Positions 47,605 through 61,500 of a DNA stretch of 64,000 bases are shown here, one piece after another (the first letter of the stretch is position 1; each line of letters opens with the position of its first letter). Under the pieces are notes generated by a model that did not search any database, was not told where the DNA came from, and saw only the letters and a program-made list of their open reading frames with translations. Origin of the DNA: Lingula anatina (taxonomy: Eukaryota > Animalia > Brachiopoda); the NCBI GenBank assembly GCA_051362555.1, contig CM120643.1:18542848-18606847 (forward strand), given 5' to 3'. The translations under genes and the position numbers were made by a program.

Positions 47605-48793
47605 GCGTCTCGACCTTCCGCGTGTGGTGAACGGCGTTGGCGTTGTTGTGAGGTCATTCGGCAATTATTGTGTTAAATTCAAATACCTTTGTCTTTGAAC
47701 AAGTGTCATTTCCCAACAAACATTGTGGAAACTGAGAGGTTTGTCTCCACGATGAGTCAAATAAAAAGGACCATGTAGTACTGATATAACTAATTTTTAA
47801 CGTTAGCATGTATTTCGACTTCTGCTGTTAAAAGTGACATGAATTGGATTGTCTTTAGTGGTATTTTACACTTAAAGATAATAAAATTTACATGTATCTC
47901 ACCGTGTTTGAATGATAATAATACTTAAACACAGGAGTGCTTAACTCATGAAAATAAATTTAAGGATAATTTTTATACTGTTTTCTTAGAAAATTAATTA
48001 AAAGAAAGCTTCCCTTCACAAAAATGCAGTCAAGAAGTATGAAGAGTTTTCATAGCCTCAGACATTTATACTGGCCTTTGTCTGGAAGTTCTGCATTGTC
48101 GAAAGATTATTCAAGAATGTAATAGTCACATGAATAATCATAAAACATAGGCTAATCATCTAAAAACTAGATTTCTAACAAATTTAAGCATCACTCTAGT
48201 ATTTCCAAAACACCAGATTATCATTAACATTTTTGAGGTAATTGTAATACTAATAGTGCAGACGACGAATTTGTGAAGAAATAGATAAATAGAGTTTTAG
48301 AAAAACAGTTACGTATTTTATATGTACATTCATTTGAATTTAATCATTAAATATTAGTATTAATTGTTATTTTATGTGATATGAGGCGAAACTGTGGAAC
48401 CATGGCCGACAAGAAAGAAACGCGTGGGCCTATCGGGCCGGGTGCAGTGGAAAATTTAAAAAAGGCAAAAGGAGAAAAAAAGAATGGCACAATTACTGTT
48501 AATCTTTTAATTTGTTTGAAAACAATGCGGTATCCTTGTTTAACCCCCTTAGACGGGTGTTTTCAGTTTAAATAGTCCAAAATTAGCACTTCTTAAAATA
48601 GTTAATTAGAGATTGGTATCAGTAGGCTATATTTATGGCCGGACCAGGATCTAATTGGTGTTGTTCTGGATATTTGGTTACCCTGGGATCGTTAGGTAGG
48701 ATTGTTTGCACTGGAAACTCGGTTTTGCAGTTTACATGCATGAGCGTCTGATTCAGTTTGAAAACAAAGTCTTTCTCAAAGGCATAGTTGGTG

Positions 48794-49098
48794 AATTATT
48801 GTCTCGAAGTATTCATGAAACGGGATTTATAACAATGCCATGAGTTTTCCTTCGATGTCCGATATGAACTTCACCTCATTCATTCATTTAGGGCTATTCA
48901 CAACATTTAGGCTTATTCAAAAAATTATATTTCCTCTATTTCAAAGGCTTATCGAGGGCGAATTATTGTTTCGAAATATCCATGAAACGGAATTCATCAC
49001 AATATCATAGGTTTTCCTTCAATTTCTGATGTGAACCTCACCTTATTCATTCGTTCATTCATCCATTCATTCTTTATTTAGGCCTATTCAAAACATTT
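48794..49098. repeat. Diverged tandem duplication (~166-bp period)
   Basis: GAATTATTGT.TCGAA.TAT.CATGAAACGG begins at 48794 and 48960 and continues with ~80% identity (estimated by eye). Confidence 0.7.
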
Positions 49099-49439
49099 CA
49101 TTTCCCTAGGCTAAAGTGAGTCTTCCTCTCGTCCAGCAACGAAATCCATCTACCATTTTTGCCACTTATGTTATTTCTGGGTTTGATCAGCTTTTTAACA
49201 ACTAAGTTTTAGTAAAAATCGCAAAAAAATCAATCAAGCACGGAACTTGCTTTATGTAAAGAGTTAATTATTGTGATCCTACCATATAACGGAAGGAAAG
49301 AAAGGGAAAAGACTGAGTGGAAAGAAATTTGATAAAATCGACAAATTGTCTTTATACGCAAAATTCGAATGAATGCAACATCCCTTTTTCACCTCCAGTT
49401 CTCCCCGAGAGAAATTTGACCATATTTACACAACATTCG

Positions 49440-52400
49440 ATGACGTATTTAGCACAGGTGCTTTCTAAATGTAGGAAATTTGACATGTTACTTTCGTCTT
49501 TTCGGTCCTGTAAGGTTGTGACAGGCTTCCAGAGTGGTATACGCGGTTGCATAGGAGCATCTTTTGGTTTTCTAGGCGGTGGCAGTGTTGCAAATATGGA
49601 CCAAATGGTTAGTTAGACTGAAAATAACTCTCTCGTGAGGCGGTCAAGAGTCTCAAGTCTTTCCGCCTAGGCTAACGTTCTAAGTACTAGTAATGTAAGT
49701 GCAGTTAAAGAAGTAGAAAAAACCTAGCAGATCGTAAGCTAGGACAAGTGGTAAACAGGTTACCAATATGCACCCCAAAACTAATATATTGGCCTTTGTA
49801 TGCAGCGACATTCATCGAAGTCGCCACAAAACAGAATTAAGAAAAAAAAAAAAAAGACTTACAATACACTTGTGTAAATGGAGTGGGGTGGGGGTCCATG
49901 CACTGCATAAGTACCACACATAGTCTACATGAGTGCAGTTCAGAAATAGCTGCTGAGAGCGGACATGCTTAACACATACACCCTTCATTATGAAGATTCC
50001 TAAAAACTGACCTCTGGATTAATTATTATCAGCATGACTCTGCATGTATTCAGAGCTGCGCTGATAACATAGATTTCCCAGTAATTTCTGAAACTCCAGG
50101 TAACTTGACTATGATTGCTACTATTATATTGACTTTTATTCTAGAGTGGTTCCAAGCGTTATAGCTCAGACATGGCAGAGTTCAGGAAACACTTTGACAA
50201 GGCATCTCACATTGTTGTGTTGACAGGAGCTGGAATAAGTGCTGAGAGTGGGGTGCCCACTTTTAGGGGTGCAGGTGGATTCTGGAGGAGATGGCAAGCA
50301 CAGGTAATGCCACCTGTTTTTCTTCTCCACAGATGGTTTTTGATAATAAGTTGGTGGCACTAAGTTCTGTTGAAATAATGAGTACAGGTATATGCCAAGT
50401 CTGGTGGAATGCTGGTAAAATCGGAAAGGAATGAAACTTTTAGATTAATCCTCACAAACATGTCCAAAATATGGTATATGACATTTCGCCTCATTAGAGT
50501 ATATTATCCTAAGTCAATAAACCGATAACTTGTAAAAGAGAGACTTTTATTGCATTGTTTTAAGGAAAAATATTTTCATGTAAATGTTTCTATAGTTTCA
50601 TTTTACAATGTGCAGTAAAGACTGTGGCATTTTATTTATTTTTTTGCTTTTTAAAAATATTTAAAGATTTTTTTCTAACATAATGTAAAAAAAAGATCCT
50701 ATTCATTTAACATCCATCAGATTACCCACTATACATGTATATTAAAATTTTGATAAAATTGGGTAAATGCAATTTATTTACTAAAATATGTTTATTTAAT
50801 CACATAGGATCTTGCTTCTCCAAATGCTTTCCGCAAAAATCCGTCATTAGTGTGGGAGTTCTATCATTACAGAAGAGAGGTCATGGCCTCTAAGGAGCCA
50901 AACAAGGTAAATGATGATATTAATTTATTGGAATTGCTTGTACAGTACCACCACTGAGTAGTGAGATGTAGATATGGCCTGTTCACACCAGTTGTAACTT
51001 AGATCAGAAGAAAGACTATTTTACATCACCAGAAAGACATCAAGCAAAAAAAGAAAAAAAATCCCTTCTCCCCATTTCTTGATTAAGGCAAAAATTTGCC
51101 AGTGAAGTTTAGGGTTCCTTATGTTATAATGGTTTTATTTAGCTGAAGTCCCATGATTCCATGGATCATGATGCAAATCCTTGTTTTGATTTTTGTTATT
51201 CATGCTGTGTATATATGAATTGTGAGTGACATCCTATTTATGCTCATATCAGTAGTAGTAGTAGTTACTGCCATATGTTTTCATATTATGACTTAAGTAC
51301 TGTACTACTACATGTGAGTGACTTGCTAAAAAAGATGCTTATTTTAAAAGGTGTATTTCAACTTATACTCAGACACAATATAGAAACAGAACTCCATTGT
51401 AAGTCAAGAAACATATGAAGTTTTTTTTTTCTCAATTTTAACAAAATCTGGATCTCCTTATAATGAAAAGTTTAAAGATCAAAACTGATGGACATTTTCC
51501 TTGATGGATGTCTTACTCTTTGACTGCTCTCTAGCTTTTAAATAATGTTGTTTATTAGTTTGTTTGTTTGTTTGCCTGCTTGTTTCAGGCTCACCTGGCT
51601 CTAGCTGAGTGTGAAGAAAGATTAAAGAAACAAAACAGGAGAGTTGTCATCATCACACAGAACATAGATGAACTTCACAAGAGAGCTGGCTCTAAGAACA
51701 TTCTGGAGTTGCATGGTACTGTATGTTTTGTCTGCATTCTGTAGATATGGTTTGGGACAAGCAAAGTAATAAATAAATAAATAAATAGATAAATAAATAA
51801 AATTTTCAAAGTTAAAACTTATCAGACAAATGGAAATTTTTACCAGTTAATTTGTTTATTTTTCCAATTTTCTCAAAATTTCATCTTTTAATCATGCATC
51901 CATTTTGCATCTAGATGATTTTGCTAAATATATTAAATTCCTTTTTGATTCACATACTTCTTGTTCTTGGATAACTTAAAATCAATTGCGAAATATGAAA
52001 TAAGTTCTTTAAGTATGAAGATGTTTTTAATTTTGTTTTCAGGTAATTTATTCAAAACCAGATGCACTCAGTGTGGAGATGTTCAGTATAACAGGGATAG
52101 CCCCATATGTTCTGCCTTGGCGGGGAAGGGGTTAGTAAGTGAAATAGTCCTGTTCATAGACAAATAAACTCCATTTTTACCATCTTGTACCTGTGTGAAC
52201 AGATTATTTGGCATTTTTCCATTTTTAGATATATATTTTCTATTGTCTATTGTCTGTTGATAAAATCTTTGGGCTAGCAAATTTTTATTGGGACTAGTAG
52301 TTTCTTGAAGTCTATTAGATATGACAGGTAAAGCATTTGTACTTACAACAGTAAATACAACACTGAGCCAAGACATTAAATGTTGCTGGTCCAAGTGATC

Positions 52401-54389
52401 AGTAGATTAAAGGGATAATAACTCTTCGTATGAGATCTATATTTCACAATAAGAACATTGTGAACAACTCATAGAAATATAATATATTCTGTTTTACCAC
52501 AAAAACGGCAGTTATAGCTATTATTTTGATATCTTAGCTTGTCTTCAGACCACGTGACCTCCATTGATGGCTATACTCTGTTATAATCTCTTAAGAGATT
52601 TTAACAAAAAACCAAACTTTTTAGAAAAAAACCAGGGACTAACTTTGAATGTTAAAATGGATTCATAAACCATTGGTTAGTATGGGAAAATTGTTGTTTA
52701 CTCCAGGAAAATTCATTCTTTGGCCAAAACGAAGAGTTATTATCCCTTTAAAGTATAAGGCAAAGACAATAGACATAGCTTCCACTTTCAGGGCTCCTGA
52801 TCCTGAGGCAGAAGATGCTAGGATCCCAGTGGATCAGCTTCCTAGGTATAGAGCTGCCACCTGTTGCCAAAAGTTTAAAGGGCCCATGTGCTTTAGTTCA
52901 AAACTGCTGCATATAAATTAATAGATAGATAAAAATATAAATAATAATAATCATTATTAATGCTGTCAAATAATATTTTTCTGAAAGTCAGTAATTTTCT
53001 GTGCTTCCCAACCCAATTCTCTCTCTCATGTCTTCATTATTTATATTTTGCATGAATTGTTCCCATTCCAAAATTTGTCCAAGCAAGTTTGCACCAAATT
53101 TGTAATTACACCTTTAACTAACCTCTGCAAAAATGACTTCCTAATGATAAAACACATTTTTTCAGGTGTAAAAAACCTGATTGTGGTGGATTATTACGTC
53201 CGCATGTTGTTTGGTTTGGTGAAAGTTTGGACTCGAATGTGATGAGGAGGGCAGAGGAGGAACTTGATAGCTGTGATCTGTGTTTAGTGGTAGGTTACAT
53301 ATCTATTCCAGACATTCATCTACATTTCCCTGTAAAATATTTTTTAAGGTAGTTACATTTTGTTCATTTAGTTCCTTTGCATCTCTCTTATATTCACTGA
53401 CGTTCAGTGAAGTTAACTTTAAGATTTAGAAAAAAATTGTTAACAGTGAGCAGTCTGGTATTGTGATGATGTCAAAGTCAATTTTTGGTTTAAGTTTTTC
53501 AATATGGGAACTGGTCTTTTGACATAGAGGGAATTGCTGTGGCTGAGAATTTTGATTTCTATTATATACTAGTACATATATTTATTTCACAATTTCATGT
53601 CTTAGAAAAGTAATTATAATTACTTTTTGGACATACCTGTATTGAATTATTGCAATGTTATGTGAATATGCTTTGTATGTAGAAATAAAACCTTCACATA
53701 AAAAGTCACTGTAGTATAATATTTCAGTCCCTACCCTTCCAGGTAGGAACTTCATCTGTTGTGTACCCGGCAGCCATGTTTGCCCCCCAGGTGGCCAGAA
53801 GAGGTGTGCCCGTAGCAGAATTCAATATAGAAGAAACTAGTGCCACAGACTCATTTGGGTAAGAGAAGATAGAATCAGCAATGTGTTCTTCATTCTGCCC
53901 CTCAAGTTATTATATCTATTTACCATCTGAGCCAAGTTGAAAAGAGAAAGGCCTTCAATTATTAAAGCTAGGAGTTAGCGGTTACCCCTGGGTCAAAGGT
54001 TGTGTGGTTGATTCTTATAGGTCATGACCCCGTTTTTCCATTTTGCTTTCATCTGGCTTAAACGCTTGTAAAATGAAACAATAAAAGGTTTTAAACTATA
54101 ACAATGCACCAAAAATCCCATTTGTGTGTGTGTGTGTGTGTGTGATGCAGCCATGCTGTTTTTCAGGGGCATCACCTTTAATATGAGATTACTACTGAAA
54201 AAAAAAAAACATGAAACATCCCTGTAGATGAAGATTCCTTCCTTCCTCCAGTGTGAAAACTTGTCTGTTTGAAGGTTCGCAGTCACATGTAAATGTTGAA
54301 TGCTTTGTTTCAGGTTTCACTTCTCGGGGCCTGCAGGTGAAAATGTACCTCAAGCCCTTGCCCCCACAGAGAATGAACCAGCTACATAG
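49440..54389 (+). CDS. SIRT5: NAD-dependent protein deacylase sirtuin-5 (class III, mitochondrial), 9 exons
   Basis: Exons 49440-49607, 50145-50303, 50808-50906, 51589-51715, 52043-52130, 52792-52845, 53166-53289, 53743-53858 and 54314-54389. Motifs: [28 protein letters not shown] (YxxR succinyl-lysine pocket), [20 protein letters not shown] zinc site, [21 protein letters not shown]. Arg/Ser-rich N-terminal presequence. Confidence 0.95.
52411..52747. mobile_element. 337-bp MITE with TTAA flanks (Kolobok-like), copy 1
   Basis: TTAA|AGGGATAATAACTCTTCGT ... ACGAAGAGTTATTATCCCT|TTAA: perfect 19-bp TIRs. A second copy lies at 56398-56734. Confidence 0.85.
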
Positions 54390-56397
54390 CAACCAGCTCA
54401 ATTTGAAAAGTGCTGAGTCGGACAAAGAATTTATTTTTTGAGAAATACACGTGTGGAGAGATGGTTAAAATCTATTGATTATGATGTCAAGTTTTTCTAT
54501 GGATGATTTAAGATACTTTACATTATTAAGGTATCACCATCCAATTCAAGTTTTTATGGTGAAAGTTTATTATGCATTGTAAGTATTAGTTTTCCCCCCA
54601 CCCAAGAATGTAATTTTCCTGTTTATTATTAACATTTTAAAATATACATGTACTTCAAATGTATGGCAGCAATTTGGAAAGACTTAGTACAATTATGACA
54701 CTGGAAACTTTGAAAAGATTAAGGCATTCGTGAACTAACCAAACATTTCTTTAAAATATTTTTATTTTCCTCTTCAAGCAAGAGTTAACAATGCATAAAA
54801 AGCCTAAAAGCAAATGATTACCCTGTACCTACAAGCTTGCTTATGTATAATACCAGAATCAAGATGCTGTGACATATTCTGTAAGAAAATGCAGCATTGC
54901 AGGATATCCACTGAAAAACTGTCACTATTTGTCTTAAGTATTTTCCTTAAGGGTAGCTAGAAAACACATTTCAACATCTGTAAAATGACAAAACTGAAAA
55001 GGGCAGAAAAGTCTTAACCTCCCAGTTAGCATTATTCTATGACTGATAAATTTCTTGTTTTAAAAAGAATGATTTGCAACTTTAGTTCTAAAACATATTG
55101 GAAAGTTTGCTTAGTAGAATGATTTGTCTACTGAAAATAAATAAATAAATAAATAAATAAATAAATGAAAATGACCAATGCTGTCACATTTTCTAGTAAG
55201 GATATTCACAGTCATGTAAACCTTGAGGTAACTTGACAGAACTACAGCAGTGAAATATAAAATGCATAAAACTGCAACTTCAATATTCATATTAAGTAGC
55301 GCATGCTTGTGTTCATTTGATATTATTCAATATTTAATTTTTCAAAAAGCAACTAGGCTAAGTTCTGAAATGCTTTAAAATACTTTTACAAACATCACAC
55401 ATACAGAAAAACATGCAATCTAATTAAAATTTGACCTAGAAATTTAACTCTTTTTTTTTTTAATAAACTCAGTAAGGAAAAAACTTTCAAGGTCTAATTT
55501 TGATTAGTTTGGAAAATAAATAACTTCAAACTAAATGATCTCAAAATAATTCTGCAATAAATTATATATCACCTAATAACATTCAAATATTAAGAGAAAG
55601 TTCACAAAGTTTTCAAATAATTGCACAGTCTTACTGACTTAGAATCACCTTGTGCCAATGACACTAGCATAGACTACATTTTAAAACAAGCAACACAACT
55701 AGAAAACTGGAAATTCACAGATTGGCTGAGATTTGTCTCGATGGCTCCTATCACACAAGGTTCCACAAGTTGGGCTCTGAATCAAACTAAAATTTCATCA
55801 GAAATGTCTTCATTGCAATACAGCAGGTGTATGCATACCATGGACAAATAATAAATTTGTTTGTCCCAAAGATATTTAATTGCCATACTTCAATCTTGTT
55901 TAAGTATCTTTAGTTAAGAATTCATCAATTTAAGTACCTTATAAAGCATTCTTTATGGTGTGAACAGAACTTGCCATATAGACATTGTTTGCGAATAAAT
56001 AATCAATTTTGCTTAAATTTAGTACTTGCCAGATTGCTTTCATTACCACATTTGCTTATTAAGACTGTTGACAAAATTTAGAAGTGGAGTGAGCTAAACC
56101 TTAGTGGAGTCTCATGTGAGGGTAACCTATGGCTGCTGAGGTAAAAACTGCTATATAGCAAAATATTCATAAATTACATTCACCCATATATTCAACACAA
56201 ATGCATTAATCTTGGGGAAGTTGTAAAAAAGTTGGCATCTTAATACATTGTTGGTGGGTTATATCAAGTTTCCATAAATAGTGGTCTTCAAAGAAATTAT
56301 AACATTTTGACCACAAAATGAATGAAATATGTGCAAACAATTAACTACAAGCACTGTCTTCTATTTCTTATTCCTTTGTACTAGGACATATGCTTAA

Positions 56398-56734
56398 AGG
56401 CATAATAACTCTTTGTATGAGACCTATATTTCACAATAAAAACCTTGTGAATAACTCATAGAAATATAATATATTCTGTTTTACCACAAAAACAGCAGTT
56501 ATAGCTTTTATTCTGATATTTGAACTTGTCTTTAGACCACGTGACCTCCATTGATGTCTATACTCTGTTAAAATCTCTTAAGAGATTTTAACAAAAAACC
56601 CAACTTTTTAGAAAAAAACCAGGGACTAACTTTGAATGTAAAAATGGATTCATTAACTATTGGTAAGCATGGGAAAATTGTTGTTTACTCCAGGAAAATT
56701 CATTTTTTGGCCGAAACGAAGAGTTATTATTGCT
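56398..56734. mobile_element. 337-bp MITE with TTAA flanks (Kolobok-like), copy 2
   Basis: Co-linear with copy 1 and similar (~90% by eye), same length, TTAA on both sides, unrelated flanks. Confidence 0.85.
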
Positions 56735-58311
56735 TTAAACATGTAAATACCTTAAAATGCTAAATGCCACATTCCTTTTAATCTCAACCAATGTGCTGAT
56801 ATGAAATTATCATTAATATTCTATACATACCATCTACAATACCAGATGTAATTTGATTTTTGTCTAAAAGCATCTCAAGTTATGTTGATTCATCCTTTTA
56901 ATGAAGGGTACGAAAGAATTGTATAAATTTGAAAGCACTCCAAAATTAACTATCATGTAAAATTTGCAGGCTTTAAGAATACAACCGGAAAAATTGCAAA
57001 GAAAAAAAAATCAATTTTCTCATCTTTTGCTGTGTGGGGTAGAATGAATTCAAAGTGTAAGTGACATGTCTCATTAAAATGTTGTCTTTTTTTGGTAAAA
57101 TAATACTGATGTCTTTTTTAAAAGAGAAATCACAAAATTTTATGGGTAAATGACTTGGCCATGTACGTCGTCACTCCTCACTCATTTTATTGCAAGAAGG
57201 CATGTTATGAGAACATTTTTTGGCCCCAAATTTTAAAATGACCTGTATGACAACAGCATTATTGAAAAAAGGAAATCTTTGAATTTCAATCCAGATAACC
57301 AAAAATGTTTCTGGTTGCTGTGAGAGATTCATGGAATACTATACCAGTAGAGTGTTAAAGGCTGGGTCTAAAGGCTTTTTCTAAAGGCCCTCGGGAAGCA
57401 ACCAATGCAATTATACTGGCTTTGAATGGGTGTACATTAAAAAAATTTAAAACAATTCAAAGACTTTGAGCTGAGTGTAATAAGGGGATGTTAGATTTCA
57501 GTTTAAGGACATTATTTTTTGGCACTGAAAAAAGCTAGCAGATCTACTGATAATTCCAACTCCTATGTCAAATGAGTCCCACGTAATTTTTTTGTCTCAA
57601 ACACATATTGCCTAAATGACAAAGCCACAAATGAATTTATTTTCGTTAGAACAATATTTTATACCAGGATGTTTTCATCAAATTATACTCTTCAAACTGG
57701 GCCTCAATACTTTTCTAAACTATAAATATACGTAGCTTAATAGCCAAAATGTTTGTAATAATATATAATGCTACTATATAGGTTGGCATGACCATTTTAG
57801 CAACCAAGCTCACAGATGGAACCAATTTTTATGAATTCAAACTATTGTTACAATAGCACAACAATGCTATTGTGAATCTATCTGATGATGCAGGCATCCT
57901 GCTTTTGTCAAAGTTCAATACTTGGATGGTAAAATGACAATATACAGTGTCTGTTGCTGTAATGGTTCTATATGTAATAAACTAATGAATGGATCCAAGA
58001 TTTCATGAGGGGGGCCAAGCAGAAAAAAAAAATGTGCCCTTACCCTCCAAGTCTGCCTAAGTATCAAAAGTGTAACGGAGTTGCAGTAACTTTACATTGT
58101 CTTCAGCTTTTTTCTTTTTCCCCAGAAATCACTGTAAGTTCTTGTTGTCTTCATATTAAAATTTTGGATTTTAACAGTAATCACCACTACGCGTTGTGAC
58201 ACCTTCCTTTTGTTCGTCTGACACTAATCAGTCCTTTTCGATGTTTTTGGTTTTATCCTCCTCACCCTGGCTGCTGCCACTATCACCCTGTAAGTCAGCC
58301 TATCACAGTTG

Positions 58312-58487
58312 TTATGAGTACATGGTGATCACTTCCCTGCCACTGCCCCGGACTAGGACCACTCTGTCTATACCCTCCGTTAATACCTCCAGGAACTCCA
58401 TGTCTGGGGGAGGAGTTAAGTGTAATAGTTAAATGATGTAGCAATGAAAAGAACTGTATTCTGGCATAACATACAGTGCTCAAAAAC

Positions 58488-58528
<41 letters not shown>

Positions 58529-61500
58529 GAGAACTAAAATCCTAGAGTTCCGAATAATCATTCATAGGAGACGTATTATACACATTTTCTATATCAAAAT
58601 CAAGAAATTCTGAAATATTCTTACTCAACCTAAGTGCAAACATAGTATTCTCCCCTTTCAGTTATATCACCACATTGCCTTCATATCATTGTGATTTACC
58701 TAAACAAAAAGTAACAAATCCATTCTACAATGGTTATTTAACAAACAAAAGATACATTTTTCTTCCCCCTCCGCTGATTTTGGTGGCCCTGGCATGTTCA
58801 GCAGCACCAGCTTGGCACTGTGGGATTTCTCCACTATCACTTCATTGAGGCGGACAGCTGTGTGCATTCTGCGGACGTTCTTCTTGTCTCTGCAAATAAT
58901 GAGTGTGCTAAGTATTACAATATAGGTTGTACAGCCAGCGTCAGCAGCTATTAGTGTGAAAGATTTTCAATCAACAGAGACTGAAGATGATCAATTTCAA
59001 TTGCAACGCTGTACTGCTAGGTCATTGGCCACTGCTGATGAATTTTATAATAATAATAATGATAATACTAATAATAAAGGAAATTGGATTATTGATATTT
59101 GATAAATAAATCTAATCTGATTTAATCAGCTTGTCAACATTTTTTATCTTTACTATTGAAATATGGTATAAATTGATTCCAAACAAAACTATTGTCTAAT
59201 GAAATATTATCACTTTTAAAAGTAAATGCATCAATATTTAATTTTTTTTAGTTTACCTAGAAAAGTTTGAAAAAAAAAAACAAAAAAAAAACAAAAAAAA
59301 AAACAAAACAAAAAAAAACAAAAACAAATAAAAATCAAAAAAATAATTAATAAACAAAGAAAAAGAAAACCGTTTCCTGAAAAAACAATAATGCCTCACG
59401 GTTTTGGATCCATGACATCTTTGCTAAATTTCACTGCTTTGTCTGTTTTTTCTTTCTTGGCTTGTTTGACAGATGGGGTGAAAGTATACTCATTACTCTC
59501 TTGTATGTTCCCATCTGGTGAGAGGCGGTCTATTTCAATACCCACATCTGAGGCTCGGCCAGATTGGTGAGCTTTTTCTACGATCTGATCAGCCTGAAGA
59601 GGTAAAAGATATAAAAGCTTACCTAGTTTTGAGATAATGATAGAGATTAAGAGGACCTATGTGTTTTTTTTTGTCGAACTTCTTTCCTTTAGTCACAACT
59701 TCAACCTAATGCAAGGTCTGTAGATCCTAACTAATATCTAACAGATAGTGCTCATCAATGAAAACTTACAAGCACAATTTGTGCACCAGACTCTATCTTA
59801 TCCACTATCTTCCCGCATCCTTTCATCTCTTTCAGCATCTTGGACCTCTGCTCCATCATCAGTGTTCTCTCATATGTATAGGCTGATATGTCACTATTTG
59901 GCTGGAAAACATATATCGGTGATTAAAACTGATTTCATCTGAAAGTGATAGTCAAATATTGGACAGTATGAGGTAACATCACTGATGGCTTGCTTTTTTC
60001 AAAAAATAAAAATTAATGTTAATACTTAAGAAGTAAAATAATCATAAATCATTAAAACCAAGTAGAAAGAATAAATAAATAGATAAATACTCTGACCAAG
60101 AAACACATCATCTGGCTTAAACAAGTTAAAGGATTCTCATGAACACATTGCCAGCTGAAAGCCAGTTGTTACCCACCATCTCAACCACCTCCACATCAGC
60201 ATCTATCCTCAGGTGGTACAAGAATGTCGTCAGATCTTTCTTCATCTGAATGCTGTTGTCCTCAATTTCTGCACAAAGACTAAGGAAATTTATTGGATGA
60301 AATGTTACCTTCAAGAGGTGTGGTATAATTCAATTAAGAAGCTTTAATTTAATAAAATTCAAATTATGAAAAACTTGTAACAGTGTTCTACTTTGCTTTG
60401 TTGAAAGGCTATTGTGGTGTGATTGAAACTGAGTTGACTTTAACTTTTCTATTTTTTCTACCAAGGGACAATATAACGTTCATACGACTGAGAAGTTCAC
60501 CTTTCTGGCAAATACTCAAGTGATAAAAATTAAGGCGTTTTAAAATTCAGGGTATTAAGAACTCCAAGACTATATATATATAATTATTGTATAAAAAGAT
60601 TTTCATCCTCTTTAAAAACAAAATATGAATAATGACGCTAATATAATTTCATAGAAAGCAAGGATACGGGCCACAGTGAACAATCTCATCTTGCAGTTCT
60701 TCCACACTTTATGCTGTTTTAACAGGAAAGGTAACAGCATCAGCATTCCTCCGTCATCTGGGGTACAGCAGTTAAGGATGTGATACATACTGAATATGGA
60801 AAAGATCAGCCATATATACTTACAATAGACACTGTAAATGATGAAGATTAGCAGATACAGAAACATTCTCACAGGTGACCAAAAACTGCATGTGTATACT
60901 AGTGAGTACACGCATGCTTGCAATCTTGCATGATAGAAAGAAAGAGAGATTAGCTGCTACACAAGGTATAGGATTAAGTTCAGTAATACTGTATCAGATG
61001 AAGTACATAGAATATTTATAGTATTATTCTCCCCCCCCCCCTTAAAAACAGTACAAACACATTTTGCTTAAATAACATATCCATAAGGATACGGACTATC
61101 CACCAGACATCAATGGTGCCAGTATACTTCTCATTTTGGGACTCTGGGTACATGTTGATGTTCTTGGGGACAAGGAGGGCAAGCTGGGCTGCAGACACGC
61201 TGCGCACTGTGCCTGAATAAATTTTAATTCACTAATATTATACAATCATATCACTTATCATTATGTATTGAACAAAGAAGGATTTACAGTTATTATAACG
61301 GAAGCTTACTTGTTTAAAAGTAGACAACTGAAGCAGTCATAAGTTAACATTTATTAAATGAACTTTACACTTTCAACTACCTGCAATGCAGTGTGGGTGT
61401 GCAACCCGTCCACTCAGTTTTTAAGAGCCACCAGAATGCACAATACATATTTACCGATGAACACTCTCCATGACTTCTCATCTTCTGACTGCCTCCACCC

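Noticed and set aside
59623-59705. Possible extra KCC exon
   Set aside because: Its donor would leave a 29-nt intron and break phase with the next exon.
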